NCBI GenBank assembly: GCA_016748015.1
Contig: JAAOMT010000512.1
Coordinates: forward strand, 840,719 to 904,718
Direction of reading: 5' to 3'
Source: Geosiphon pyriformis uo1
Taxonomy: Eukaryota > Fungi > Glomeromycota
Length of the DNA stretch: 64,000 nucleotides
Shown here in pieces: positions 1-11,968 of the stretch. Made by a program: the position numbers and the translations under genes. The notes beneath the pieces were generated by a model. It saw only the letters and a program-made list of their open reading frames with translations. It did not search any database and was not told where the DNA came from. The first letter of the stretch is position 1. Each line of letters begins with the position of its first letter.

Positions 1-749
1 CGTTGCGGATCACATGATATAAAGATTGGTCTGATAATGTCACCTAGGTCTGGGTCACTTTCTGGAAGCGACATAAAAGGATGGTTAATAGAGGGTAACG
101 TTTAAGTTGTCTATGGTTTGGCAGGTTTTGAGCACACTTGCTTAGCTTATCGATAACTGCCGTCATCTTATCCAATTCTTCAGGGCAAATATCAGGACAA
201 TTCGTAAAGCCAAAATAAATCAGAGAATATCGGCCAAGAAGATCATGATCAGTAAAAACCTGTCCATTTTGATCGAGAAGGTCGAATGAGCCCCCAATCT
301 TAGGCCTTCCTATTGATTTCATCTCGCGGTCTTCTTTTCCTAAAAGTGAGATCGTTTAAATAAGTAAAAATATCTTTCATCGAAATGTGAAAGGTCGGCG
401 AAAAGGAATGGCTGATATAGATGTTATGGATACTTACGTTTCTTTTCCAACTTCTCCTTTTCATTCCTAAAGTAAAGTACAAGGCCTACGCCTGTTGCAA
501 TAAATAAGGCTAGACTTCTCCACGTTGTTGGCTTGATGAAGTAAAATAAAGTCAGTTTCAGTGGATATTTGATTGACATTATGATATGCTGATATGAATA
601 TAAAGAATTGAGCATACTCCCATTGCATAACGCTGACGAGAGGATGTTTCAGATTTCACATTTTTTGGTGTTTGCGTATAGTACCTTGAGGAATCCCAAT
701 TAATTTTACTGGGAAAACTAGATTTTTTGATGGGACTTTTGTGCAGTAT
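1..749 (-). CDS. SCO1: SCO1/SenC cytochrome c oxidase copper chaperone (multi-exon; 3' part runs off the window; 5' start unresolved)
   Basis: Spliced translation gives AMG|PTTWRSLALFIATGVGLVLYFRNEKEKLEKK|RKEDREMKSIGRPKIGGSFDLLDQNG...YFGFTNCPDICPEELDKM...|SDPDLGDIIRPIFISCDPQ, with the SCO CxxxC motif. Introns at 532-617, 340-437 and 62-141 (GC-AG). The upstream frame closes near 750, so the true start is unclear. Confidence 0.93.
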
Positions 750-1809
750 CTACAAAAACTGCTGCTTAGAAATGATCTTTGATGTTCACGAAAACCCAAT
801 TCCCAGTAATTTCATTATAATAGCATGCCTGTTTACCCCCTGAATTTAATGATCGTAATATGATCAGAAATTTTTTTGTTGTTTGAACCGGAAAACTAAT
901 ATTCTTGATGAGAAAATATCAATGTGGGATTAATAAATGTAAAAAATTAATATAAACAAGAATACAGACCAGTAACGCCTTCGAAGCAATTCTTAAAGAC
1001 ATCAGGCAACAAAATCCAAAAAATCTGTTTTTTTATATTCTAGATCAGATTCTAATACTTTGGAATTGTATCAGAAATGACGATTTTGTTTGGATCATGT
1101 GACCTCCGATTTTCTAGATCAAATTTACCAACCATTTCACGTGGCCGTCAAAGGTACCTTTATTAAACCCAACAAAAGGATCCAATTTCTCGAGTAAAGC
1201 AAACCTAAAAAATCATACAATCCCAGATAATAATTCTATAGTGACAGTACTTCTAGTAGTTTTAACACTTCTCAAGTAAACTGTTCTCTAAAGAGGATAG
1301 TTTTCCTGAGAATGTAAATAATATGCAATATCATCAAGATCATAAAGATGCTAAGTGGACTCTTATACCAGTTCACGAAATTGTTACAGGAATCATGTAA
1401 TGAATCTGCAAAGCTGTTTTTTTGAGATCCCATCTAATTATCAAGAATTTCTATTTTCCTCATAGTACTTCGAAACGCATCTTGCTACATAAAAACAGTA
1501 ATTGAGGCAGATTGTGAGCTATTGATGGAATAAGGTTGAAGTGTTACGAATGTAAAACTGTATAAAGATTCGTTAAATCCCGCAGATTATGCAAAGGAAG
1601 AGCTCATCTAATTTCTATATCATAATTATATAATTTTTTGAGAGTGGGGTATGCCATTAGCTAATATTTGGTTCGGTTTATATTGGGCGTGGATACTTTG
1701 TAAAAATGACCAGCAAACATGTCTTACCAAAATCAAAAGACCCAACTGTCTAATGGTGATGTATATTAATTTTTATATTTATATTCGTCGAAATTCATAA
1801 CCAATGTCA

Positions 1810-1881
1810 TCCGCATTAGTCTAGTGGTTAGGATCTCCCGCTCTCACCGGGAAGGCCGGGGTTCAATTCCCCGATGCGGAA
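1810..1881 (+). tRNA. tRNA-Glu (anticodon CTC), intronless
   Basis: Acceptor stem TCCGCAT/ATGCGGA, D arm with TAGTGGTTAGG, anticodon stem TCCCG-CTCTCAC-CGGGA, T arm CGGGG-TTCAATT-CCCCG. Confidence 0.97.
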
Positions 1882-2193
1882 TATACAGTCGAGAATATTA
1901 CATTACTATATTTTCATTGCATAACGGATTTCATTTTACCTTAATGCTATTTTATCCTTTTTCTTTATTGAAGCAAGAATTTTATTGGGCACTTGAATTT
2001 AAATTAAATATTCTGATTTCGAAGGATCCACTGTATTAACATTTTTTTCTCGAAATTATGATTTTAGATAAGATTGCAAAATAGAGAAGACCTTAATATT
2101 TCGCTAACATGATTTAGTTCAAAGGATAAAAAAGAAATGTTTAGAGTGTTGCCATTTAAATGTCTTTACATCCTCAATTTGTAGATATAACTT

Positions 2194-2611
2194 TTATTTC
2201 TTTCCAGATTTCTTAATACCGCCGCCAACTAAAAATTAGTTTGAGAAAATCATATCCAATATCAATATTAACATATGTAATTAAGATTCCATCACTTACC
2301 AAGTGGTCCCCCTTTTGCTGCTTTACTTTGTAGTTCCTTTAGCTTTTTTTGATCTTCCTGTTTCTTCTTTTTAAACTCCAAGTCCAACTTCCAGTTTAAA
2401 TTGAAAGTAAGTAAAAGATTTAGAAATTTTAAATATATTAAATCAAAGGTAATAATAAAAATATAGTTTCAACCTCGTCAACTTCAATGGTTTCCTTTTT
2501 TTTTGCCTGCTTGAGTGGTTTGAGTTTACCCCCTTTAAAGCGAATTAGTTTGAGCGAAAGGTTCACAAATATATAAGGAAATCAACTTTAAATACCTTGA
2601 CGGCCGCTCAT
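2194..2611 (-). CDS. TMA7: Translation machinery-associated protein 7 (4 exons; missed by the ORF track)
   Basis: Spliced: MSGRQG|GKLKPLKQAKKKETIEVDE|LDLEFKKKKQEDQKKLKELQSKAAKGGPL|VGGGIKKSGKK*. Both termini match the TMA7 family, and introns are GT-AG. Confidence 0.93.
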
Positions 2612-2947
2612 ATTATCAAAGCTCAAACTTGAAGGATAGTGTATAAGGTAATATGGGTAATATGCAAACCAATTTATAAATTAACTTGTGGAACCTTCGA
2701 CGTAGATCTTTTTGTCAGTGACCTTACTGCGCGTTCCTCGAACGCTGACCTTTCCTCGATTTTCACAAATTGAGATAAAACCAATTAGAAAACGACACTA
2801 GAGGTGTGAGTAGAGGAAGTCTTTTTTGTTTATTCTCAATCCTCAAATCCTAATTTCCTGTCTTACATGTTTGGGATTCGGTTATTAATCTTTGACCTTT
2901 CTGGAATCTGCCATAAAATTGGAAACTGCAAATTTTAGCAAAAGGTG
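2612..2947. promoter_or_regulatory. Probable bidirectional promoter between TMA7 and GWT1
   Basis: 336 bp between divergent ATGs; CpGs are retained here, unlike the TE regions. Confidence 0.5.
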
Positions 2948-5045
2948 ATGGAATCTGATGAATCAACGTACAAGGCTGAAAAAGAGTTATGGGTAACAGG
3001 TCTGAGCGGTGGCTCCATGTGGGAAATTAATTCAGTCACTGGAGTTTTATTGGTGAGCTTTTTGAAAGACGTTTTCTCATAATTGATACTAGTAAGACAA
3101 TGCTAAAAATTTCTGTCCATACCTGTTTAATTGACTAAACTTTCATCTTTAAATATATAATCCAATATCACACAAGACATCTTATATTTTATGGTCTACT
3201 CTAACCATAAATCCGCCCTCCATTATTACAAAACTTCCTTCCTTCACCAACTTTTTTTTCGAATATTTTGTTATCATAGTTCCTTCTTTATTAGCGTGCA
3301 CTGTTTTATCTTCATATTCATTTTTTCTTAATTTGTTTTTACTCACTCTTTCCGGTTATGTTACATATAAAAGCAAACCTAAGCAAGAAGTTGAAACCAA
3401 GAAGAAACAATCCTATTGGGAAAAGAAACGTAACGAAAAGAAAGAAGATAATGACAATATCAGTGATGACAGTGATTCTAACGAATTGCATGAATTAGTA
3501 TCAAATAAAAATACTTATGTGAAAGTTGTTGGTGATGATTATGAGGATGGGTTAATGGCAGAGGGAAAGGATGCAGAAATGTCGAAGAAAGTGGCTGTTG
3601 CAATCGCCCAGAAGCCCTTTTTGAGCGCGTATCGAGCTGGTATGATCATTTTGACTTGTCTATCAATACTGGCAGTTGATTTCCCGGTTTTTCCAAGACG
3701 TTTTGCAAAAGTTGAGGTTTTTGGAACATCATTAGTAGTTATCTTTAAATTTTGTGATCATCATCATTTAAACGCGTGAAACAAATATTTATCGAAACCT
3801 TTTTCAGATGGATCTTGGGGTTGGCTCTTTTGTGTTTTCCTCGGGTATTGTGGCCGCTAAACCCTTCCTGAAAAAACCAGAGAATCGCTTTAAACCACTG
3901 GGTGGTCAATTATTCCGTGCCATTCGACAATCCTTACCCATTTTGACAATTGGATTTGTCCGGTTTCTGATGGTAAAAGGCGTAGACTATCAGGTTTGTA
4001 ATGCAAATCAAACCTTTCAATTAGAAAATCTGGTTTAACTGAAAGTATTAATTTTTTTCTATTTTGAAGCAACATGTGACAGAGTATGGTTTGCACTGGA
4101 ACTTTTTCTTTACACTAGGATTTCTTCCAATTTTTGTGACAATTTGTCGCACTGTTCAAAAATATGTTCGCTTTTCTTTGATGGGATTAGGAATAGCTTT
4201 AGGTAAATTTTGAGATTTGTTGGAAAATTTTGCTATTTGTTACTAAAATTTATGGTTTAATTTAAAAAACAGTTTATCAACAACTCCTGTCAAGATTTGG
4301 TCTTGAAGATTTTATTCATCATGCCCCTCGATCAAATATTATTAGTGCTAACAAGGAGGGTTTATGCAGTTTTTTAGGTAAAAATACCTTTACTAAATGT
4401 TCAACAGTAAAAACGAGTATTTATTAATTGGATGAGACCTTTGTATTTAGGTTACCTTGCCATATTTTTACTCGCCCTCGACACAGGGCATTATATATTG
4501 CCCCCAGACCCTTACTACGCCTTTCGTGAGAATCGAAAGAGCAAAAACCCCAAACAAAAAAAACTTGCTATGATTTTATTTTCCTGGTCTTCCCTTTGGT
4601 GGCTAGCTTTTTTATCAACATATGGATTACGAATAGAAGTATCTAGAAAAATGGCCAATTTGCCTTACGTTTTATGGGTGGCTGCTTTCAATACGACTTC
4701 CTTGCTATTTTTTCAGTTAATTGAATTGTTACTCTTCCCAAATTATTGGAAAACGAGTAAAAAAGCTTTGCCTGACATTATGGAAGCGATGAATTTTAAT
4801 GGCTTGGGTGTATTTCTCGTGGTATGATATTAAATCAATTTGTTTTCTCAATAACATTTTTCTGCTAACGTGAATCTAATTTTCTGTTCACTTAGGCAAA
4901 TCTTTTGACCGGTTTGATCAATCTTTCAATTCGTACGCTTTACACAGACGATTTCACCGCTGAACTCGTACTTGCCTCCTACCTTTTTCTTATATTGGTA
5001 ATAGGAATTTGGTGGTGGAAAAAAGGATGGCGATTTAGATTATGA
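2948..5045 (+). CDS. GWT1: GPI inositol acyltransferase GWT1/PIG-W (multi-exon)
   Basis: Motifs [46 protein letters not shown]|[60 protein letters not shown]|[11 protein letters not shown]; ends WRFRL-TGA. Confidence 0.96.
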
Positions 5046-5734
5046 AACAGAATTTTTGGTTGAGCTATTTGATCTCACTCCACATTGAAGGTTAGAACCG
5101 TTATAAGGCTTTCATTGTCCAGAAATAGAAAAATGTAACGTATAGACTTTAATATTTTGTCCAATTAACCAATAATCGTTTTTGATTAGCGACTACAAAA
5201 AATTATTTAATATAAAAGTCATGATATTGAAAATAAATTTCAACATTAATAAAAAGTCAAACTATGAAAAATATTTGTTTAACCATCTAACATTTTTATA
5301 TCTACCTTTGGCTATTATTACATTATTATTCTTTAAGATATAATAAAATACAAAAATCAAATTTAATCCCATTGTATATAATTTGTAAATTTCTTTTTAT
5401 TAAAAATAGACTTTAAAGATTTTATAAGGGTTTTATTTAATTCAAGTTTGAAGATTATAATGAATATTATTTGTATAAAATTAATTCTTGTTTTTATTTT
5501 TTGAAATTATTGTTTCGTTAAAATATTCTTTTTTAATTATTAATTTTATTAAAATTTTCAATATTAATAATTTCAAATTATTATTTTTTGGTGTTATCAA
5601 TTGAAATTAAAACCAAAGTTAACATAAAATTACTTTTAATTTTTATTATTATCTTAATATTACATTTTTGTTTTATATTTTACACTAATTATTCAATTAA
5701 AAATATTTTATTTATTTTTATCTTATTAATAAGC

Positions 5735-5885
5735 CGTAGTTTAGGTGTATAGTGCTGCCTTGATTGGCCCGAGTGGCTGGTCACGTGTAGAAAGGGCATG
5801 AGCCACACTTAATATAGGATCTTGTATGATTGTATTTTTTTAGGTAGTGGTTGGGCCGCACTCGTAAAACTTGATAAAAAAAAAA
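5735..5885 (+). mobile_element. 3' tail plus poly(A) of a non-LTR retroelement; the upstream body is hypermutated
   Basis: Aligns with the tails at 25286-25421 and 62861-62995 (core AGTGGCTGGTCACGTGTAGAAA) and ends in A10. Confidence 0.75.
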
Positions 5886-6849
5886 TTTAATAAGCCAATT
5901 ATAATAGTTTACAAATATAACTAAAAGTTATAATAAAATTATATATTACTTTAAACTAAACAACGATAAAATTTTTTTTGATTTCAATAGTTTAAGCAGA
6001 ATTTTTTGCAATAATAATAGTATTAAAACTCAAAATATTTCAAAAATATATATAAAAAAATGTATTTTATTATATTATAAATTAATAATTTTAAAGTTAA
6101 TTAATTATTAACTTAATTAAAATTGGTTTTAATTATTTTGCAAAATAATTTTTTTTAAAAATTATAATTATTGAACTTTAAATATTTTAACTAATTGCAA
6201 TTTTTTAAAATTTGATTTTTGAATTAAAACTTAAATATCTTATAGTTAAATACTATTAAAAAATAAACAAATTAACTAACAAAAACAATAACAAAAGTTT
6301 ATAATATACAATTATAACTAAAAAATAAATAAACTTTTTTAATTATTAAAATTAATTTCATTTTCATTTTTTGTAATATTGTTAAATTTTTTGTTATATA
6401 AAGTAATTAAAGAACCAATAAGTTTAATAAAAAACTTAATAATTATAGTCAAATTAAAAGTTTGAGATTTTAAAAAATTTAATTTAAAACTAACTACAAA
6501 ATTAATAGTAATAATAACTAAAAATACAGCAATAAAAAAAGCCAATAATATAAAAGTCTTAATATATAATTTAATATTAATAAAAAAATCTTGAAATTAT
6601 TTATAAACTTGAAAAAAATCTAAACCGAAAAAATAAAAACATTTTATAATTTACAATTAAATAATTTAAATTTTAATATTTGTAATAGTAAAAATAATTA
6701 AAAATTTTTTTTTAAATACAATACTTATATAAAATATTAGTTTTTAAAACAATAAAATTTAAAATTTCTAAAGAATCAAATATTATAACAGTAAAACATT
6801 AATAATAATAATAATTAAAAAATATAAAATAAAACATATTTAGCTATTA

Positions 6850-7400
6850 TTATTAATAGTTTTTTATTTTATTTTTTGCTGTTATTAATATCGTTTTGTT
6901 GTTAATTTTGCTATTAATAAAAGTTGGTAAACTTTTAATAAGTTAATTTTTTTTCAAAATATTTTTTTATACTTTAAACTATGTATATTGTTGAATTTAT
7001 AATAAAATAATCAATTTTATGCTAATTATTTTGCTGTAAAAATTAACTTTTCTACAGAAAATTTTAACTGTAAACTTCTTAATAATATAAAAAAATTTAA
7101 AAAATTTAAAGAAAACATAATAGTAAACTATATTAAAGAAAATTGTTTTTAATTCAGACTTGAAAATATTAACAGTTATTAAAATTGGTAATTAATTTCA
7201 AAATATTAGTTTTTAATTAGAAATTTCGAGCTATAATAATTTAAAAATTTGGAGTTTTAAAATAAGTTTTTATTAAATTAATTGTAATAACTAATTTTTG
7301 ATTCTAATTAAGATAATAAAAATATATTTTCTTAAAAAAAAAAGCTTTTTTTTATATAATTTGTTGTAATATTATTCTAAAATTTAGTATTTTTTATTTC
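6850..7400 (-). mobile_element. Very decayed LTR remnant of the A family
   Basis: ttttgctgtaaaaattaacttttctacagaaa (~7030) and aacagttattaaaattggtaa (~7170) match the LTR-A segments tttgctgtgaaagtcaactcttctacaggaa and aacagtttattgaaattggtag. Boundaries approximate. Confidence 0.6.
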
Positions 7401-8723
7401 TAATATTTTAGTAAATTAAAAATATATATTTTATAAATTATAAGTTATTTAATACTCTTTGTCTTCTTAATTTTATGACCATAACTAAAGCAAAAAGTAA
7501 AAAAGCTATACTTGATATTTTTTCTAAGATATTTAATAAAATTTCAACCAAAAAAGCTTTTTTTGTTGTAAAAGCAATTAAACAAAACGTTTTAAAAATC
7601 TTTTTTTTATTTAATAATTGTAAAAAGCTGTCTTTAGTGGCTATTATAGTATCTTTTTTATTTTTGACTGGTTTTTCATTAGTTAAAATTTTCTTAAAAA
7701 GATACACTTGAATTAGTCTTAGTGTTGCTTCTACTTTTTTAAAAAGCCCAAAAATTTTTAATAATAAACCAGTTAACAAGTTGGTTTTTTTTTCATAGTT
7801 TCTATATTAAGTATTGTTAATATCTTTTTTTTAAAAAAATAATCAAAAAAACCAAAAGTTCAAAAAAGTAAAGGCAGTTACTTGTCTTTACTATTGTTAT
7901 ACTGAATTTATTTGTAATTCCTAATAAAATCTTAGATGAAATCTCTATTGTATTATCTGGCATATTATCTAAGATAGGCCAAGATCAATTACTGGTTGTA
8001 TTATTAAATATAGTGTTTTTTGGCAAATTTTCACTAGTTTTAGAAACAAAGCAATAGTTTCTTGTTGGATTATCTATTTTTGAGAACTGGGCTAATTAAA
8101 TAAAAACTGAATTATCTCCACTAGTTTCTGGTATTGCTATTGGCAATGCTTAAAAAACCATTATTAATTATTAAAGTTTTGCTAAGTAGGTGGTTTTTAC
8201 TTTAGTGTTTGATGCAATTTTCAAAATCAAGTTGGTTTATATTAGAGCTATTTTCCAGTCTGTGTATAGTTTTTTGGATGTAAAGTCTGTTTTTAAAAAC
8301 AATATAAAACTTTTTTGTATAGAGTTTATTTTTCAAAGTTTTCTGAATGCTATATTTCTGGTTAAGCTTACAAGTTTTATTTATCTTACCATTCTTAAAA
8401 TTGCCAAGTTTTTAGTCTGGTTTTTTTCTTACTGTTGTTATATTGCATAATATACTATTAGGTATGTTTGCTGCTAATATTAAGACAGCTTTTGATGTTT
8501 TTGGTAAAGTTTTTTATATTATGTTAAAACCTATTAGTGTTTGACAATACATGGTTGTTTATTTTAAGAAATTAAGCACTATTGCATTTGTTTTTAACTA
8601 CTAATCAGTTTTAGTAAGTAAAAATAGTATTAAAATTTTCTCTTTGGTAAATTAAAATAAAATTATTATATTTTATAATAGATTTAAGACCAAGTTGGTC
8701 AATCTTTTTTCTGGCTGTACTGT

Positions 8724-9583
8724 TGTTACAAGTGATTATTTGGGACTTTAAAGCAAATAACAAACCCATAACTTGGTGCTCAATTGATGAATAGTATTGC
8801 TAATATCTTTAAGTTGTTGGTATCTGAAGGTTTTGTTGATCTGAAAGTTTTTGTGTAGAGTTTTTTGTATAATGAACAGAAATTTAATAGTGGTTTTCAG
8901 TAGTCTCCTAAAATTGCAATTCTGTCAAATTTTTTTTTGGCTTGGTGGCTGGCAATCTTCTAATAAGTAATCTGTAATTCTTTTATGTGCTTTACTTACT
9001 TGCAGAGGTTTTTTACCAGGCAATTCTTGATGTTAATAATTCAGTACTTAACTCTTAATCAATTTAGTAAACAACAAAAGAAATAACAAAATAGAAGATA
9101 AAAGAAACAAAAAAAAATAAAGAAATAAGCCAAGTCAATTTTGTAAGTTAGTATTCTATCAATAACCATGATTAAGAGCTATTGTTCCAGTGTGGTTAAG
9201 TATAAATTACTATCAACATGAAATGTTGATAGTGGAACATAGATTGAGATAGTGAATAATTATTTATTGATATTTGTGATGTAAAAGGTTGCTTAGATTA
9301 AATCTAAACTGAGAAGTCTGTCTTTTCCTACTTCTAATGCTACTGCTATATATACATGATTGAGATTCCTTAATTCCTCAATTCTTCACACCAAGAATCC
9401 TACAATTTCTTTTGGGAAAAACCTGGAATTCTGGAATCCTATGATTCTTTTGTACAAAAATCTTGAAATTCCTGGAATTCTGCAATTCCTCTTGAGAGAA
9501 ATTCTGGAATTTCATATTTACTACAGCTATTTCTGTTTGGCTAATTTATATGCTAATATGATTTCTATATTCTATGAGTAATA
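8724..9583 (-). repeat. 3' LTR of C
   Basis: TGTTACA...GAGTAATA (decayed CA end); direct repeat of 23595-24421. Confidence 0.92.
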
Positions 9584-11968
9584 TTATCTCTTCCTTTTAA
9601 TATTGAGCTTTATCGAAATTTCTTAATTCTAATTCTTTGTTTTTAAGTATTTCTTGAACTTTTTTTTTGAAAATTGCTTGAGTTATCTTGTTTTGTAATT
9701 TTTCAAATTAGGTGTTGGTTATTTTTCTCATTTAGTTAACTGTAATAGAGTCCATTTCTGGATTAAGTAAGATTTCCGGTCTGTCTTGAAATCCTGTATG
9801 TAGTCAATAGATAGTTCTTGTTTGTGTAGTCAAATTGTTCTTTTCCACAAATTGTTCCAGTTGTTGTAGTATTGTTGTGTCAAATAATTGTTTTGTTTTA
9901 TCTGTATATAAGTTCTAAATGTTCAAGTATTATTCCAAGTAGAAGTAACAAAAGTTCTTTGGAAATTTGTGTATCCACTATTTCCAAGTTTTTTTGGTCA
10001 ACTGTGACATTTGTTGGTTCTTTTATTGCTAATTTTATTTTCAGAACTATTTTGTTGATAGTGTTTTCTGTTTTTTTTTGACTTTTGTATTTGGGTATTT
10101 TTCTGGTGTCTTAGTACTAAATGGTTTGTTGATTAATAGTAATTTTTATATTTTGTTGTTGAATTAGTTGGAAGAGTTGTTGTGCTAGTAAGTGGATATT
10201 GTTAGTGATTTTCATTTTTTTGAAGTCTTTTGTTGTGTCTACTATGTCTTTATATACTTTTTTTATTGTTCAATTTTTTATGTGTTTGGTCCAATGATTA
10301 TGATTGGTTTCAGATCTCGTGAAATTTTATTTGATTGGACTAGTATTCTTTGTATTCCTAATTGTGAAATATTACTGGTGGATGGTAATACTATATGGTG
10401 ATATGGTTTTAGTTGATTACCATGTGCTGTTTTGGCCAAGATTTTGTTGTTCCATCTTAATTTATAAGCTCTATTTCCAAGAATTTTTTTTATGTGAAAT
10501 GGTTCATCCCATTTGGGGTCAAATTTTCCACTGCATTGTTTTTCCACTTTGGTACAATGTAAAAATACTTTGTCTTCAATCTTGAATTTAACTGATTTAT
10601 CTGGTAGTTAGTTATCATGTCTTTTTTTTTGTTTTTTTTGTGACTTTTGGATGTTATTAGCTGCTTTTTGCTATTTGTTTTCTAGTGTTTCCATTAAGTC
10701 ATATGTTTTTCTCAACTATGTTCTTTGGAAATTTTCTTCTGTTATTGGTTCTGTTGGATATGTTTTGACTTCTATCTTAACTAGTAATGTTGTTGTTCTA
10801 TCATATACTAGTTTAAATGGTGTTGCTTGTGTAATGTTTTGCTTCATTGTTCAATAAGCAAATAATACTAATGGTATAAACAAATTCTATTTGTTTTGGT
10901 TTTCTTGGCTGATCTGGGCTATTGCTTCACACAATGTTCTGTTAAATCTTTTGACTAACCCATTTGTTTACAGATAATATGGCAATGATAATGGTCTTTT
11001 GATTTCAAATCTTTGGCTTAATTCTGCTAATGTTCTATTCACAAAGTGAGTTTTTTGATCAGATAATAATTTCTTTGGACATTTATGTCGACAGATCAAG
11101 TCTTGATGAATGAATTTGGCAATGAATTCTGCATCTGTTCTTTGAATGGCTTTTGCTTCCAGCTATTTAGTGAGATAATTCATGGCTACTGCAATATATT
11201 TGTTGCCTCTGCTAGTTATTGTTAATAGTCCAACTAGATCAATTCCAATTCGATCGAATGGTTGTCTCACTTTGATTGGTCTCAATAGTTTACTTGGTCT
11301 TGCTCCTTTTCTTCTCTGATAAGCATCACAATTCTGAACATATTAAATAATGTCTAGATACATTAATGGCCAATAATATCTTTTTTTGGTCTTTTCCATG
11401 ATTGCTTCTTTGTGAAAATATCCTGCTGTTGGATCTGAGTACATATTAAATAATATTGTCTCTTTTTTCGATTTTGTAATTACTCTTGTTGGCTGGTCTG
11501 AATTTCTTCTGTTTTTTTGGTAAAGTATATTTTGATAATTGATAAAATATTTTGATTGCTGTTTTATGTTGTTTTGTTTCTTTTGAGATAATTTCTCCTT
11601 GAACAATTGGGTATTTATATAATGTTGGAGTTGTTGGTATTTTTGTATATTCATCTTTTGCTATATTTTTGGGTTAAAATGTTTTTAGATTTGTCTTATT
11701 TATGACAAACTGTTGGCATTTTCATTGTCTTTTCCCTTTTTATAATGTACTATATAATTGAATAGTAAAAGTTTTATTTTCCATCTGACATGATAATCAT
11801 TTCCAAATTTTTGCTTTTGAATTAAAGTTAATCTCTTGTGATCAGTGTATACATTAAACTTTTGACTCAAGTATTTTTTTTACTTAATAACAGCCCAATA
11901 AATAGCTAAGTGTTCTAGTACTGAAGTTCTATAGTTTTTTTCAGCTGGACTTAAGCTTTTACTGGTGT

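Noticed and set aside
750-830. ATGs at 815 and 826 as the SCO1 start
   Set aside because: Both hit stops within a few codons; a further intron or a homopolymer error is possible, so the start is left unresolved.
1824-2039. 71-aa ORF
   Set aside because: Overlaps the tRNA-Glu; spurious.
6339-6545. Short F/I/K/N-rich ORFs in AT-rich blocks (also 26409 and 28939)
   Set aside because: Composition artefacts of hypermutated TE remnants.
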